Shown: positions 25,875-35,027 of the stretch, piece by piece
Layout of the letters: each line of letters begins with the position of its first letter
How positions within the stretch are numbered: position 1 is the first letter of the stretch
IMG/VR virus record: IMGVR_UViG_3300048861_000032
Coordinates: 1-39,365 of that record
Direction: 5' to 3' (one strand)
DNA: 39,365 nt
Source of the DNA: a virus
Lineage: Duplodnaviria > Caudoviricetes
Made by a program: the position numbers and the translations under genes
Notes under the pieces: generated by a model
The model's input: only the letters and a program-made list of their open reading frames with translations
Databases searched by the model: none
Told to the model about the DNA's origin: nothing

Positions 25875-26236
25875 GCAGCCCCTCCCCCCATAGCGCTGAT
25901 GGCTTCTGGCGGTGCGGGAAGCGGGCGCCAGTGGGTTGGCGGGAACGCCCAATCTCGGACCGTCTCGCCCTCCCAAATCCAAGCTTCCATTCCCGAATGG
26001 AAATAGCCGCTGCCCATCTTCCAATTCTTGTAATCGCGTGTGCTGACATCAGCCCATAGAAGCACGCCTCGCATCTTCGGCGCCGTCGCAATAGGCTGCC
26101 AGCCCTCTCCCGGCTCACAGGCGGCGGACACCAGCGCCCCAATCTCCTCATCGGTAAGCTCGGACAGGCGAACGTCTCGCTCGATCTGTGCGGCAGATTG
26201 GCGGAAGCGGGCGATCGCTTGCTGGGTTGGGGTCAT
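25871..26236 (-). CDS. DUF551-like phage protein
   Basis: 'WQPIATAPK...PTHWRPLPAPP'. Confidence 0.8.
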   Translation of the reverse strand: MTPTQQAIARFRQSAAQIERDVRLSELTDEEIGALVSAACEPGEGWQPIATAPKMRGVLLWADVSTRDYKNWKMGSGYFHSGMEAWIWEGETVRDWAFPPTHWRPLPAPPEAISAMGGGAA

Positions 26237-26514
26237 TCCACGCTCCTCAGGTGCGGCTTCCCGTCCTGCCTCGACAGGATGCGGTGCGCTATGGCCTCGT
26301 GGCGCTCGTCGTTGCGGTTGCCGATGTCGACGCCTTCTGGGGTGAGCATGCGCAGCGCGGCAGGGTCGGTCCGCGAGGTGTATTCGTAGACCCGGTCATT
26401 CGGCGCGCGCTCATCGACGATAAAAAGCCTGACCCGCTCGTCGCCGAACACGTGAAATTCGATCTCGCCGTGCTCGTCGTAATGGACGCAGACGATGCCC
26501 TCGATGTCACCCAT
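26233..26514 (-). CDS. Hypothetical protein
   Basis: AGGAG RBS; coupled within the early left operon. Confidence 0.65.
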   Translation of the reverse strand: MGDIEGIVCVHYDEHGEIEFHVFGDERVRLFIVDERAPNDRVYEYTSRTDPAALRMLTPEGVDIGNRNDERHEAIAHRILSRQDGKPHLRSVE

Positions 26515-27295
26515 TGCCGTTCTCCTGTGCGAGGGCGGCGCGAATAGCCTCCAGCGCATTGCGCAGATCGAGAGAGAGGTAATTCCTCGCGTCGTAGATC
26601 CTGACCGCGTCCTCTGCTGCAGCCCTCACCCGCTCATCCCCGGCCGGGCGGAGGACATCCGAGATGGTGCGAGCCGCGTTCATGAGCCCCAACCGCGTGA
26701 CCATGCCTACTGTCGCGCCATCGAAGTTCGAATTCGGCAGATTATCCCAATCAAGGCCGGCGCTCTTTGCTATAATGCGTGCCAGATCGGCCACATTCTC
26801 CCCACCCTCCGCCGCACTCGCAGAAGGCGCGGCGGCGAGCATGGCGCGGTGAATCCCAATAACTGCGTCCTTCACATACTGCGGCCATCCCGCAGGAGGC
26901 TTTGACCCAGCGCCGAACATTTCGGTGCATCCAGCCTCAACCATATCTTCTGTTGGCCATCCCCCAGCCACTTGCGGGACACTCGCAGAAGGCGCAGCGG
27001 CGAGAAGCGCCAGCCATGTTAGACGCATCTCGTCGTCGTCATCTTCAGTCGCGCATGTTGCGTCAAGCATGGCCTGCGTGAGAAAGCGCGGCACCAGCAC
27101 CCAATCTGCACCAGCCACTTGCGGGGCGCGGCGGTTCCATTTGCGCCAGAATGCGGTCGCCCCGCATGACGTGCATGACGCCATCGAATTGTCGCAGAGT
27201 AGTTCGTTGTATCGATACTTCGCAGTTCCTCCGCACAGAGGACACGGCAACAGCGCCACAGCCTCTCGAAGCTCGCTCTGGTTGTGGTTAGTCAT
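26507..27295 (-). CDS. Lar-family (restriction alleviation) zinc finger fused to modular Ea-type segments
   Basis: 'LLPCPLCGG...SCTSCGA...WNRRA'; internal repeated APQVAG and LAAAPSAS segments. Confidence 0.7.
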   Translation of the reverse strand: MTNHNQSELREAVALLPCPLCGGTAKYRYNELLCDNSMASCTSCGATAFWRKWNRRAPQVAGADWVLVPRFLTQAMLDATCATEDDDDEMRLTWLALLAAAPSASVPQVAGGWPTEDMVEAGCTEMFGAGSKPPAGWPQYVKDAVIGIHRAMLAAAPSASAAEGGENVADLARIIAKSAGLDWDNLPNSNFDGATVGMVTRLGLMNAARTISDVLRPAGDERVRAAAEDAVRIYDARNYLSLDLRNALEAIRAALAQENGNG

Positions 27296-27482
27296 GGGTG
27301 GTGTCCTTGGAACGAGCGGCGTCATAAGCGCCAAGCTGGCCGGCTATTGCAGGCGCGACGATCCGCATGATCCGGCGAGCCGTATTCTTGCCAGCCGGTG
27401 TGCGCAGAATGCTCTGCTCACAAATCTCTCTGATCACGGCGAGGATGTGGAAGTCGGAGAAATGCTCTTCGGGTTTAGGCAT
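27288..27482 (-). CDS. Hypothetical protein
   Basis: Coupled ORF in the early left operon; GGAGG RBS. Confidence 0.55.
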   Translation of the reverse strand: MPKPEEHFSDFHILAVIREICEQSILRTPAGKNTARRIMRIVAPAIAGQLGAYDAARSKDTTHD

Positions 27483-28291
27483 CACCCCACCTCCTTCGCC
27501 GCGAGGGCTGCTTCCATCCGTTCGCGGCGTCGAATTAAGTCTGCCAGCTCGCGCCCTTCTGCCCATGAGATATCGGCCTCTACGGCCGCAAGCTCGTAGC
27601 GGAGCGCCTCTTCCAACCGCCCCGCATCCGCCGAAGTGGCGAGGGCTGCGGGCGATGGTGAGGTGGTGAGATGGCCGGAGGCGACGGCTTTGCGGATAAT
27701 GTCCCGATAGGCATCCAACAGTCGCGCCGTATCCGCAGCGAACTGGTCATCGTTCAGGCTGGCGTTGCCCCGACGGCTGTTGTCGAGCACGTAGCGCGCC
27801 GCAAGTTCGATCTGGCTATCACCCACCCCAACCGCAGGCGCGTCACTGGCGGGCGTGAGGGCGGCGTCGATTGCCTCCAAGGCTGTCCGGGACATGCCTT
27901 CCCAATCGCTATCGCAATAGTCGCCTGCCTGCGACACATCTGCTTCAACGATGGGGCGTGCCAGCTCCAGCGCCTCCCGCATCCGCCGATAAGCCGCGTC
28001 CCAAGTGGCGAGGCGGGTGGCGTCGACCGGTGTCACGAGCAGCTTGGCGCGATCCTTGTGGCTTGAGGTGCCGCCCCAGAAATACTCGCCACTGGCCACA
28101 ACATACGCATCCGGGAGCTGGCTAACGGTCCAGCGGAGTTGATCGCCAGGGACATCGAACGGCGGTACGCAACGCATCGCGCCATATTCGGTTTTGAAGC
28201 CGAGCGTGTCCCCGAACATGAAGAGACCCGGCGGGCATTCGGCAAGCGTCACAAGCTCCACCACCACCATATTCTGTTCAGCCTTGGTCAC
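27482..28291 (-). CDS. Hypothetical modular phage protein
   Basis: GTG start overlapping the upstream stop; 'TLAECPPGLFMFGDTLGFKTEYG' domain. Confidence 0.65.
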   Translation of the reverse strand: MTKAEQNMVVVELVTLAECPPGLFMFGDTLGFKTEYGAMRCVPPFDVPGDQLRWTVSQLPDAYVVASGEYFWGGTSSHKDRAKLLVTPVDATRLATWDAAYRRMREALELARPIVEADVSQAGDYCDSDWEGMSRTALEAIDAALTPASDAPAVGVGDSQIELAARYVLDNSRRGNASLNDDQFAADTARLLDAYRDIIRKAVASGHLTTSPSPAALATSADAGRLEEALRYELAAVEADISWAEGRELADLIRRRERMEAALAAKEVG

Positions 28292-28887
28292 TTTGGGGTC
28301 TCCTGAAGGGCGGTGCGGGCAGCGACAGCAATGGCGCGCTTGAGATGCACCCAGCTTCCGTTTTCGCGCTCGGCTTCGTTCTCGATGCTTTCCAGCGCGT
28401 CGAGGTAACGCGTCGCCTTCGCGCACCAGTCGTCGCGTTGCTCTCGGGTCATGCGGGCCAGCGTGTTGTTGGCTTTGCAGAGCGACGTCAGCCTCTCCAC
28501 CTCCTCTTCAGCCGAACGCACCCGCTCCATTGCCTCACACACCAAGTTCCCGCGCTCATCGCCAACGAGTCCTCCGGGACCGGGCTGGACACATGCTCCT
28601 GCCGACAGCGCGAAGTTTTGGGCTTCTAGCTCGCGGATGCGGGAGATGAGGGCTTCCAGTACAGGCGCGTAGTGGTCACGAATGGCCTTCAGCACCTCAT
28701 CGCAGCCATCGGTGGCGCTTTCAGTCCATCCGTTTTCGTCGACCTCTCCGTCCAGGTCTTCGAAATGCGAGCAGAGCAGGATGGATATGTTGTCTCCCTC
28801 CATCCGTTCGGTGGAGATGCCGCCGAGCCGATCATGCGCTCGCGTCGCAGCGCGGATCAGGGCCTCTAGAGTGGATAGGTCGGTCAT
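28288..28887 (-). CDS. Ead/Ea22-like protein
   Basis: 'DLSTLEALIRAAT...VLEALISRIRELEA...EEEVERL' coiled-coil pattern. Confidence 0.55.
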   Translation of the reverse strand: MTDLSTLEALIRAATRAHDRLGGISTERMEGDNISILLCSHFEDLDGEVDENGWTESATDGCDEVLKAIRDHYAPVLEALISRIRELEAQNFALSAGACVQPGPGGLVGDERGNLVCEAMERVRSAEEEVERLTSLCKANNTLARMTREQRDDWCAKATRYLDALESIENEAERENGSWVHLKRAIAVAARTALQETPK

Positions 28888-29081
28888 GCGAAGAGGTCTC
28901 CTTGAGCCTGGGGAGCATGGCGCGCGGCCATCCGCTCAACCCGGCGCGTGAATGCGTTCTGGTGGCCGGCCCGGGCCATGTCAGCGAACCGCATCATCCA
29001 TACTGAGGCGCAGGCGGCGGCGACGCGCTTGGACTTGCGCTCGTAGTGCTGGGCTATGCGCTCGCGCATCTTCTCACCCAC
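28884..29081 (-). CDS. Hypothetical protein
   Basis: Coupled small ORF ending in 'QGDLFA', a beta-clamp-binding-like motif. Confidence 0.55.
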   Translation of the reverse strand: MGEKMRERIAQHYERKSKRVAAACASVWMMRFADMARAGHQNAFTRRVERMAARHAPQAQGDLFA

Positions 29082-29086
29082 GCTCT

Positions 29087-29428
29087 TTACCCTTCAGGTT
29101 CAGTTGATTTGGGGGTGTTCGCGAGTTCGAGCAGGACGTCCGCATGGCAGGGCTGATCGAGCGGGCACCAGCAAGCTAGGTTCTTGCCGCGCAGAGGCTC
29201 TATCCACCTTCCGTCGGTGATCTCCATCCATGTGTCGGCATAGTAGATGAAGCACGCAATGGCCTGCTGAACCGTGTCGCAATAGCTGGGCAGAGCGGCG
29301 CTGAATTGGCTCGGATTTGAGCCAATCGTGAAGATGTTGCCGAATGTCTTGTTCGTGCGATCGACCTTCACCGTGTTATCAGGCATCCGCCAGCCCTTGC
29401 GGCGCGACAACTGGATGCGCTTGGGCAT
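29087..29428 (-). CDS. DUF4326 family protein
   Basis: 'RIQLSRRKGWRMP...LRGKNLACWCPLDQPCHADVLLELAN'. Confidence 0.88.
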   Translation of the reverse strand: MPKRIQLSRRKGWRMPDNTVKVDRTNKTFGNIFTIGSNPSQFSAALPSYCDTVQQAIACFIYYADTWMEITDGRWIEPLRGKNLACWCPLDQPCHADVLLELANTPKSTEPEG

Positions 29429-29429
29429 C

Positions 29430-29633
29430 TCACCGACCCCCCAAAAACTGCGCCTTGCGCCTGTTATTCGCCTCCCAGATCAAATTCCCCAGATCCTCGC
29501 CAAGCTTGACGATCATCTTGCGGCGGTCGGCGGCATGCATTGGGCGCGTGCCTGCGGCACCAGGCTCTCGCCCTTCGGGCTGAGCCGCCTGCGGCGTCTC
29601 ATCGCTGCGCGCTTCGATCCTTCGCGCGATCAT
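29430..29633 (-). CDS. Hypothetical protein
   Basis: ATGA-coupled small ORF. Confidence 0.5.
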   Translation of the reverse strand: MIARRIEARSDETPQAAQPEGREPGAAGTRPMHAADRRKMIVKLGEDLGNLIWEANNRRKAQFLGGR

Positions 29634-30538
29634 GCTGGAACACCGAAGCCGGCCGCATTGCGATGGCCTCCGCCGCCGTATTTCTTGGCGATCTCGGACA
29701 CGTCCTGACGTTCATCTGCCGAACGCAGAGAATAGCCGCGCGAGTTGCCCTGATCGGAATAACAAGCAGAGAACGGGGCCTGTGGATAGCTGCCAAGCAA
29801 CGCGTGCCCGACCTCGGATGCGAACATGGGAGGACAGTTCACAGCGGGGACCCTGTGGCCACCTATATTGATGAACCGGGCCATGCTGACCAGCTCGCCC
29901 ACCTTCTGGTCATAGAAGCGCTGCATGGCATTCGCTTCGTCCATGATGCGCTGGCCGTCTCGCCCATTGTCGAGTTGCTGCGCAATCAGTTCCCAGCGCT
30001 GGAAATCGAACGGTTCAGCACGGAGCCACAGACCGAAGGGCTTGGTACGGGCATCCATGAAGCGCCAGAGGTCGCGATCTTCGATCAGGTCGATAAGGGT
30101 TGGCGCCTCGTTCTCGTGGCAGAACTCCCACGCCAGCTTGGCGCCAGACTTGGCCATGTCGAAGAGTGCCGCTATCGGCTGGCCAATATGATCGTCATTC
30201 CGACGGACGTCCTTCATGGGGTCGTCGTCGGCCCAGAACGAACCAGCCGCATCATCGATAGCCCAATCAGCAAGATCAGCCTGCGCTGACTTGTGGTGAT
30301 CGAGCACGATGATGGACCGCGCCTGCTTGCCCATCTCGCGCAGAACGTCGCGCTTATAGCTGAAGTCGACGATCAGGACGTGCAGGCCAGAGACGTCGGG
30401 AGCGGGCTCGCCATAGCTTGCCGCCTTGTAGCTGACGTCATTGCCCCACTTCATCCAACAGGCCCAAGCGGCTCCGAAGCCATCGGCGCAGTTGGCATGA
30501 TAAAGAACTATGTCAGGCTTATATTCGGCGTTCATCAT
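29630..30538 (-). CDS. DHH/DHHA1 family phosphoesterase
   Basis: 'YHANCADG', 'IVDFS', 'LDHH', 'DRDLW' and 'GGGGHRNAAGF' motifs. Confidence 0.92.
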   Translation of the reverse strand: MMNAEYKPDIVLYHANCADGFGAAWACWMKWGNDVSYKAASYGEPAPDVSGLHVLIVDFSYKRDVLREMGKQARSIIVLDHHKSAQADLADWAIDDAAGSFWADDDPMKDVRRNDDHIGQPIAALFDMAKSGAKLAWEFCHENEAPTLIDLIEDRDLWRFMDARTKPFGLWLRAEPFDFQRWELIAQQLDNGRDGQRIMDEANAMQRFYDQKVGELVSMARFINIGGHRVPAVNCPPMFASEVGHALLGSYPQAPFSACYSDQGNSRGYSLRSADERQDVSEIAKKYGGGGHRNAAGFGVPA

Positions 30539-30933
30539 GCCGCTTTCTCCTGTGCTTGGTCGCTCCACTCGACGCCATGCTCGGCACCGAAGGCGTAAAT
30601 CGCTTCGATTAGATCGCTGAACTCGGCCTTGTTCAGGCGGCTCGACTTGTATCCGAGTGGCACGACGCCAGTTCCGTCTAGGCTCGGCTCGAACGTGCAC
30701 TTGAAGCCTGCCGACGCCATAAAAAGCGCCTTCCAAACATCTGTGCTGTGGACCCGCCCACCCGGCTTAGCCCGCGCGATGTCGGACAACATTGCGTACA
30801 TCTTGGCGTTCTGGTCGCTCGTACGATTTGCCTCGCGGACGTTCAGCACGGCACCACGCGGCGCACGCTCGATCAGCGTGTGCGCGAGGCGGCGCTGATA
30901 GTCCGAGCCGAGCACGACGGTTTGGCCGGTCAT
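30535..30933 (-). CDS. ninB: NinB/Orf family recombination protein
   Basis: 'RTSDQNAKMYAMLSDIA...WKALF...SSRLNKAEFSDLIEAIYAFGAEHGVEWS'. Confidence 0.88.
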   Translation of the reverse strand: MTGQTVVLGSDYQRRLAHTLIERAPRGAVLNVREANRTSDQNAKMYAMLSDIARAKPGGRVHSTDVWKALFMASAGFKCTFEPSLDGTGVVPLGYKSSRLNKAEFSDLIEAIYAFGAEHGVEWSDQAQEKAA

Positions 30934-31268
30934 ATGCCGCGCTCCCGCATTTCCTGCTCGATCTGGTGGCGTCTCGGGCTCGCCTTGATGAACGCCGCGA
31001 TCAGGTCGCCGACGTTCTGGCCACGCCAGAAGGACGCTTCCCCTATGTTATGCTGGCGGCGGTGACAGTCAGCACAAAGGCTGACCGCGTTCCAATCATC
31101 CGGGCGTTGGCCGATGCCCGCATGGCTGCCGAGCCGCACGTGGGCGAACTCGATGGGCGCCGTTGCACCACAGGCACAGCAAGCATGGCTGCGGACAAAA
31201 GCAGCGTGGGCCTGTGACCGCCAGCGACTGGCGCGCTTCGACTTCTTAGGAATGCGCGGAGGAAGCAT
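30930..31268 (-). CDS. DUF968-like / HNH-type zinc nuclease
   Basis: 'HAAFVRSHACCACG...AHVR...DDWNAVSLCADCHRRQH'. Confidence 0.8.
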   Translation of the reverse strand: MLPPRIPKKSKRASRWRSQAHAAFVRSHACCACGATAPIEFAHVRLGSHAGIGQRPDDWNAVSLCADCHRRQHNIGEASFWRGQNVGDLIAAFIKASPRRHQIEQEMRERGI

Positions 31269-31452
31269 CTTGCAACTCCAGCTTGATGATTTCGCGGGCC
31301 ATTTCGGCGCCGTGCATGTTGCGCAGGCTGTCGTATCGCCCGCGCTTCTCGGCAGGGATCCACGCGATCGGTGACACGACCTCGCGCTTCTTGGCGCCCG
31401 CCTTGCCGTAGCGAGCGCGGCGCGTGGCCCATGCTTTGGCGAGCCGATCCAT
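31246..31452 (-). CDS. Hypothetical protein
   Basis: TGATG-coupled small basic ORF. Confidence 0.55.
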   Translation of the reverse strand: MDRLAKAWATRRARYGKAGAKKREVVSPIAWIPAEKRGRYDSLRNMHGAEMAREIIKLELQDASSAHS

Positions 31453-32342
31453 CAGCCGGCGTCCAGAATGTTCGGGACGTAGGGAGCGTCGCCATCTTCG
31501 GTGCAGCGGATGCGCGCTGCGTCAATCTCGGCACGCAGGCCGATGAAGTCCGCACCGTCACCATTCCATGCGTTCGGCAGTTCCATCTCGAACTGCGCAA
31601 GAACCTCATGCTCGCTGGCAAGGTAGGCCTCCAGCATGTCGGTGTCGGCGCAGCCGTTCAGTTCGCGGACGATCTCGCCGTATTTGAGGCGGGCTTCTGC
31701 GCGGGTCTTCATCGGTCCAGTGAGCGGTTCGCGCTTCTTGGTGGACGTGCGCTCGACGTGCTCGACCTGCTCTGGCTCGGCGGGCCGCTCCTGCGGCTCC
31801 TGACGGGCCTGCGAGGGCGCACGGTCCTGCGCCACCATGTCCTGAACCTCACCCGTCTCGTAGAGGCCGCTGGTGGCACCTGGGAACACCGTACGGACGC
31901 CCTCCGAGATGACCCGGCTGCGGAGCATCTGGCGGGGGTATTTCTTGTGCATGTCGTTGCCGCCAAGCTGGGCTTGCTGGACGCGCTTCTTGTCCCACGT
32001 GATCCGCGCCGATCCGCCAGACGGATGCGAGAACGTGGCATCGACGCACTCATCGTCGAGCTGGTGCCATTCGATCTTTCCGCCGTTGGAGAGGAAGTCG
32101 CGCAGCATCGCGTCGGCCTTCTTGGCCGGCTTGCCCTTGATGATGTGGTAGTCGCGGAACACCACGGCCGGATGCTGCCCCTCTGCCTGCGCCAACAGGC
32201 ACAGCGTCAGAACAGCATTGGGGTCTGTCGATCCGAACAGGCCGCCCTTGGCGATGGCAAGTGCCACGCGCTCAATGTCGGACATTGAGAAGGCGGGGAC
32301 TACCGGAGCATGACGCTCGAACGGGACAAGTGCAGTTGCCAT
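31452..32342 (-). CDS. Single-strand annealing protein (RecT/Redbeta-like)
   Basis: 'YHIIKGKPAKKADAM...KKYPRQMLRSRVISEGVRTVFPG...GLYETGEV'; upstream of ninB. Confidence 0.75.
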   Translation of the reverse strand: MATALVPFERHAPVVPAFSMSDIERVALAIAKGGLFGSTDPNAVLTLCLLAQAEGQHPAVVFRDYHIIKGKPAKKADAMLRDFLSNGGKIEWHQLDDECVDATFSHPSGGSARITWDKKRVQQAQLGGNDMHKKYPRQMLRSRVISEGVRTVFPGATSGLYETGEVQDMVAQDRAPSQARQEPQERPAEPEQVEHVERTSTKKREPLTGPMKTRAEARLKYGEIVRELNGCADTDMLEAYLASEHEVLAQFEMELPNAWNGDGADFIGLRAEIDAARIRCTEDGDAPYVPNILDAG

Positions 32343-32430
32343 TAGAGGTTCCTTTCAATGCGTCGTGCGAAGTCACGGCCGAACTGGCCACCAACCGCGC
32401 GAGCAAATGCGGTGAGGATGATGCGGAGGA

Positions 32431-32817
32431 TCATGCTGCGGTCTCGGCGCGAGCGCGTAGTGACGCTGCGCACAGAGCGAGCGTGGGCGTGGCAGCAAAG
32501 GAGACGAAATAATCCTCACCTTCCCGTCCGCCATAGAATTGCACCTGCCACTTCCGGCAGTCCGCACACGGTGCCGCGAATTGCATCTGCCGAAGCTTCC
32601 ATTTCTCGGGGACCAGCGTCATCGCCGCGTCGAGCGAGGCGGTGAACTCTGGGACGCGGATAGGAGAGGCATCGTGAGGGCCGCACCACCAGTCGCCATC
32701 GTCGCTGCTTACGCTGTGAGTGAACAACGACATGATGTCGGCATCTACCTCACGATCCGGCCCCGTCAGCGCTTCCACGCGAGCGGCGAGTTCGAGGATC
32801 GCGCTCATCAGATCCAC
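32431..32817 (-). CDS. Hypothetical phage protein
   Basis: 'GPDREVDADI...FTASLDAAMTLVP...ATPTLALCAASLRARA' pattern. Confidence 0.7.
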   Translation of the reverse strand: MDLMSAILELAARVEALTGPDREVDADIMSLFTHSVSSDDGDWWCGPHDASPIRVPEFTASLDAAMTLVPEKWKLRQMQFAAPCADCRKWQVQFYGGREGEDYFVSFAATPTLALCAASLRARAETAA

Positions 32818-33068
32818 CCCAGCCCGTGCGCGCCGTAGAGGAACAGGCCGGCGCAGACCGTGACCACGGCGACCAGAAGCGCGATCGGCGCCACGTCACT
32901 GCCATTCACCAGCACAGGCGCAGGTCCGGGGATCGGGGCGATGGGTTCGGGATAGTCGTACCCGCGACGCTCGTTCACGAGGCAGACGCGATGTCCGATG
33001 ATGATCCGGTCGCCGGGTTGCGGCTCGGTGCGCTTCACGAGGCCGAGCGGGGTGGTGGTGGCGGTCAT
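32808..33068 (-). CDS. Hypothetical protein with C-terminal TM helix
   Basis: GGAG RBS, ATGA coupling, hydrophobic C-terminus. Confidence 0.55.
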   Translation of the reverse strand: MTATTTPLGLVKRTEPQPGDRIIIGHRVCLVNERRGYDYPEPIAPIPGPAPVLVNGSDVAPIALLVAVVTVCAGLFLYGAHGLGWI

Positions 33069-33340
33069 GCCTGATCTCCATGTCCGACGAACGGCACGTC
33101 GATCTGCGCCCCGCAAAAGGGGCAGAAGTTGAAGAGGATGCCGTTCGGTTGAGCCCGGCACTTGACGCCGAAGAAGGTCCGGCTGGGCTCGCGCGTCTTC
33201 ATGTTGGTGTAAGCCCAGCGCGTGATGCCCTTGGCGCGGCTAAAGGCGGAGAATTGGTTCTCCACCATGCGATCCAGCGTGTCGCACGGGTCGACGAAGC
33301 GCCCCTCGCGAACGGTGCAAGTGGTCTGCGGCGCGCTCAT
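33065..33340 (-). CDS. Hypothetical zinc-ribbon protein
   Basis: 'FNFCPFCG' motif. Confidence 0.6.
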   Translation of the reverse strand: MSAPQTTCTVREGRFVDPCDTLDRMVENQFSAFSRAKGITRWAYTNMKTREPSRTFFGVKCRAQPNGILFNFCPFCGAQIDVPFVGHGDQA

Positions 33341-33651
33341 ACGAGGATAGCCTTTCCGGCGTTCAACCGAGCGCGCATCCGCCAAGGCAGTTGCTCAACA
33401 GGAATGCCCCATTCCTCCGCCTTCTGACGGTCGCGGATCTCGTCGAAGAACTCGCCGATCTGCTCGCGGCGCTGGTCGCGCTCGATGGCACCATCCTCCC
33501 ACTCGCGGGCGAACCGCTCAAAGTTGACCGGGACCGCCTCGTCAGCATCGGCCATGCAGTCCCAAGCCCGGCTCATCGCGCGGATCTCGTCCAGCATGAC
33601 TGCGGTGTTCGCCTCAGGCAGGATCGCCGGGACGTAGGGGTGGGTTGCCAT
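33337..33651 (-). CDS. Hypothetical protein
   Basis: GGAG RBS; coupled ORF. Confidence 0.6.
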   Translation of the reverse strand: MATHPYVPAILPEANTAVMLDEIRAMSRAWDCMADADEAVPVNFERFAREWEDGAIERDQRREQIGEFFDEIRDRQKAEEWGIPVEQLPWRMRARLNAGKAILV

Positions 33652-33652
33652 G

Positions 33653-33994
33653 TCAGCGCTCCGACACGCGCAGGTCATCGATCGCAGCACGGAACGAGGC
33701 CGGCGCAGCGTCATGCTCGCGGATCAGGCCGATGACCGCTTCCTTGACCTCCTTAGGGGTCCTGAGGAGCTTGCCATGACGCTTGGCTTCCTCAACCTTG
33801 AGGAGCATGCCGGCGATGGCCTGTTCGAGCGTGTCACCACGGCCCATGCAGAACGTGCCGCACACAACGTCATCGGGCTCGTAGCAATTCGCGGAGAAGC
33901 CGCTGCCACTGGTGCTGAAACTGGCGCCCTTCGGCAGACTCTTCAGCAGCGCTTCGGCTTCAGTCGTGGCATGCGAGGTCGTGGCAACAGTCAT
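33653..33994 (-). CDS. Hypothetical protein
   Basis: GGAGG RBS; operon packing. Confidence 0.65.
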   Translation of the reverse strand: MTVATTSHATTEAEALLKSLPKGASFSTSGSGFSANCYEPDDVVCGTFCMGRGDTLEQAIAGMLLKVEEAKRHGKLLRTPKEVKEAVIGLIREHDAAPASFRAAIDDLRVSER

Positions 33995-33996
33995 GA

Positions 33997-34317
33997 TTAA
34001 GCCTCCTGCTTGGTGGAGACGCGCGGCTTGAGAGCGCGCATCTGCTCGGTGAACTCGGCGTCGGCGGTGGGGAGTTTGCGGAAGCGGCCAAGGCAGAAGC
34101 CAAAGCCCGACGGCGACGGAAGGCCGACAAGCTCGGCGCCGATTCCGTCACGGCCGCCGCCAACAAGGGTCGCTACACGATAGACGCGCCCATCACTCAG
34201 GACGGTTGCTCGGCCTTGCCGTACCTGCGTCGCCAAATGAAGGTGGATGTTGGGGCAGTCGGACTGCTCGACGGGCACGCAAATCACGATGTCCCCAGCG
34301 CGGATATCGTCGGCCAT
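33997..34317 (-). CDS. Hypothetical protein
   Basis: GGGAGG RBS before MADDIRAGDIVICV. Confidence 0.6.
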   Translation of the reverse strand: MADDIRAGDIVICVPVEQSDCPNIHLHLATQVRQGRATVLSDGRVYRVATLVGGGRDGIGAELVGLPSPSGFGFCLGRFRKLPTADAEFTEQMRALKPRVSTKQEA

Positions 34318-34318
34318 C

Positions 34319-34603
34319 TCAGCGGCCCTCCCCGCGCGACTTGGCGATGGCGGCGGACCCGCGGGCATGCCTTTCCGCACAGAGAGCGTTGGCGGCCTCA
34401 AGGGCGCACTCCAACTTACGGTGACGGCTGTGCAGGAAGGTGTGGTTCCCGGGCTGGCGCTCGGCCAGCTCCCACTGCTTGCGACCGTGGCGCTTCACGA
34501 CCCAGATGTCGTTGAAGTTGTCGCGATAGCTGTCCGTCCAGCGATCGAGGTGCATCACGCCGAACTCGGCCGGCTTTTCCTCGGTGTTCATGCGGTGAAG
34601 CAT
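34319..34603 (-). CDS. Hypothetical protein
   Basis: Coupled ORF with GGAGG RBS. Confidence 0.55.
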   Translation of the reverse strand: MLHRMNTEEKPAEFGVMHLDRWTDSYRDNFNDIWVVKRHGRKQWELAERQPGNHTFLHSRHRKLECALEAANALCAERHARGSAAIAKSRGEGR

Positions 34604-34773
34604 CACGCAGCCCTCCGAGCAACCTCAACCACACGCGGGTTCGCGCCGAAGCTGAGTGAGATGGCATCCACCACGGCGCGGGCGCGCTGCGTGGCATCTG
34701 CGGCAACCGCGATCTGCGCGGTGCAGGCCGCGAGGAGTTCTCGGTCGGCGGTGGTGAATGCGTGGCGGGTCAT
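34603..34773 (-). CDS. Hypothetical protein (56 aa)
   Basis: Hand-translated ORF MTRHAFTTADRELLAAC... filling the operon gap. Confidence 0.5.
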   Translation of the reverse strand: MTRHAFTTADRELLAACTAQIAVAADATQRARAVVDAISLSFGANPRVVEVARRAA

Positions 34774-34776
34774 GGC

Positions 34777-34947
34777 TCAGTAGCCCAGAGCGATGCGCGC
34801 TTCGGCCATCGACGTGACGTGCTCGATCAGCATGCCACGCTCTTGGGTGCGACGGTTCCACGTAGGAATCCAAATCGCTACCGCATCGCCGGCCATCTCA
34901 GCTTCAAACCCGTGGGCCTGAGCGAACCTGATGATTGTCTGGCTCAT
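34777..34947 (-). CDS. Hypothetical protein, first gene of the leftward early operon
   Basis: GGGGAG RBS; just downstream of pL. Confidence 0.6.
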   Translation of the reverse strand: MSQTIIRFAQAHGFEAEMAGDAVAIWIPTWNRRTQERGMLIEHVTSMAEARIALGY

Positions 34948-34986
34948 CGCCTGCTCCCCATGCGGCACGATGCCGCTGTGGGGAGG

Positions 34987-35027
34987 ACCATACACCAGAC
35001 GTTTATAGTGTCAACAGGGCGTGTGTA
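34987..35027 (-). promoter_or_regulatory. Leftward early promoter pL with two operator-like sites
   Basis: TTGACA (35014-35009), 16-nt spacer, TATGGT (34992-34987). Operators TACACC-AGA-CGTTTA (34991-35005) and AACAGG-GCG-TGTGTA (35013-35027). Confidence 0.75.
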
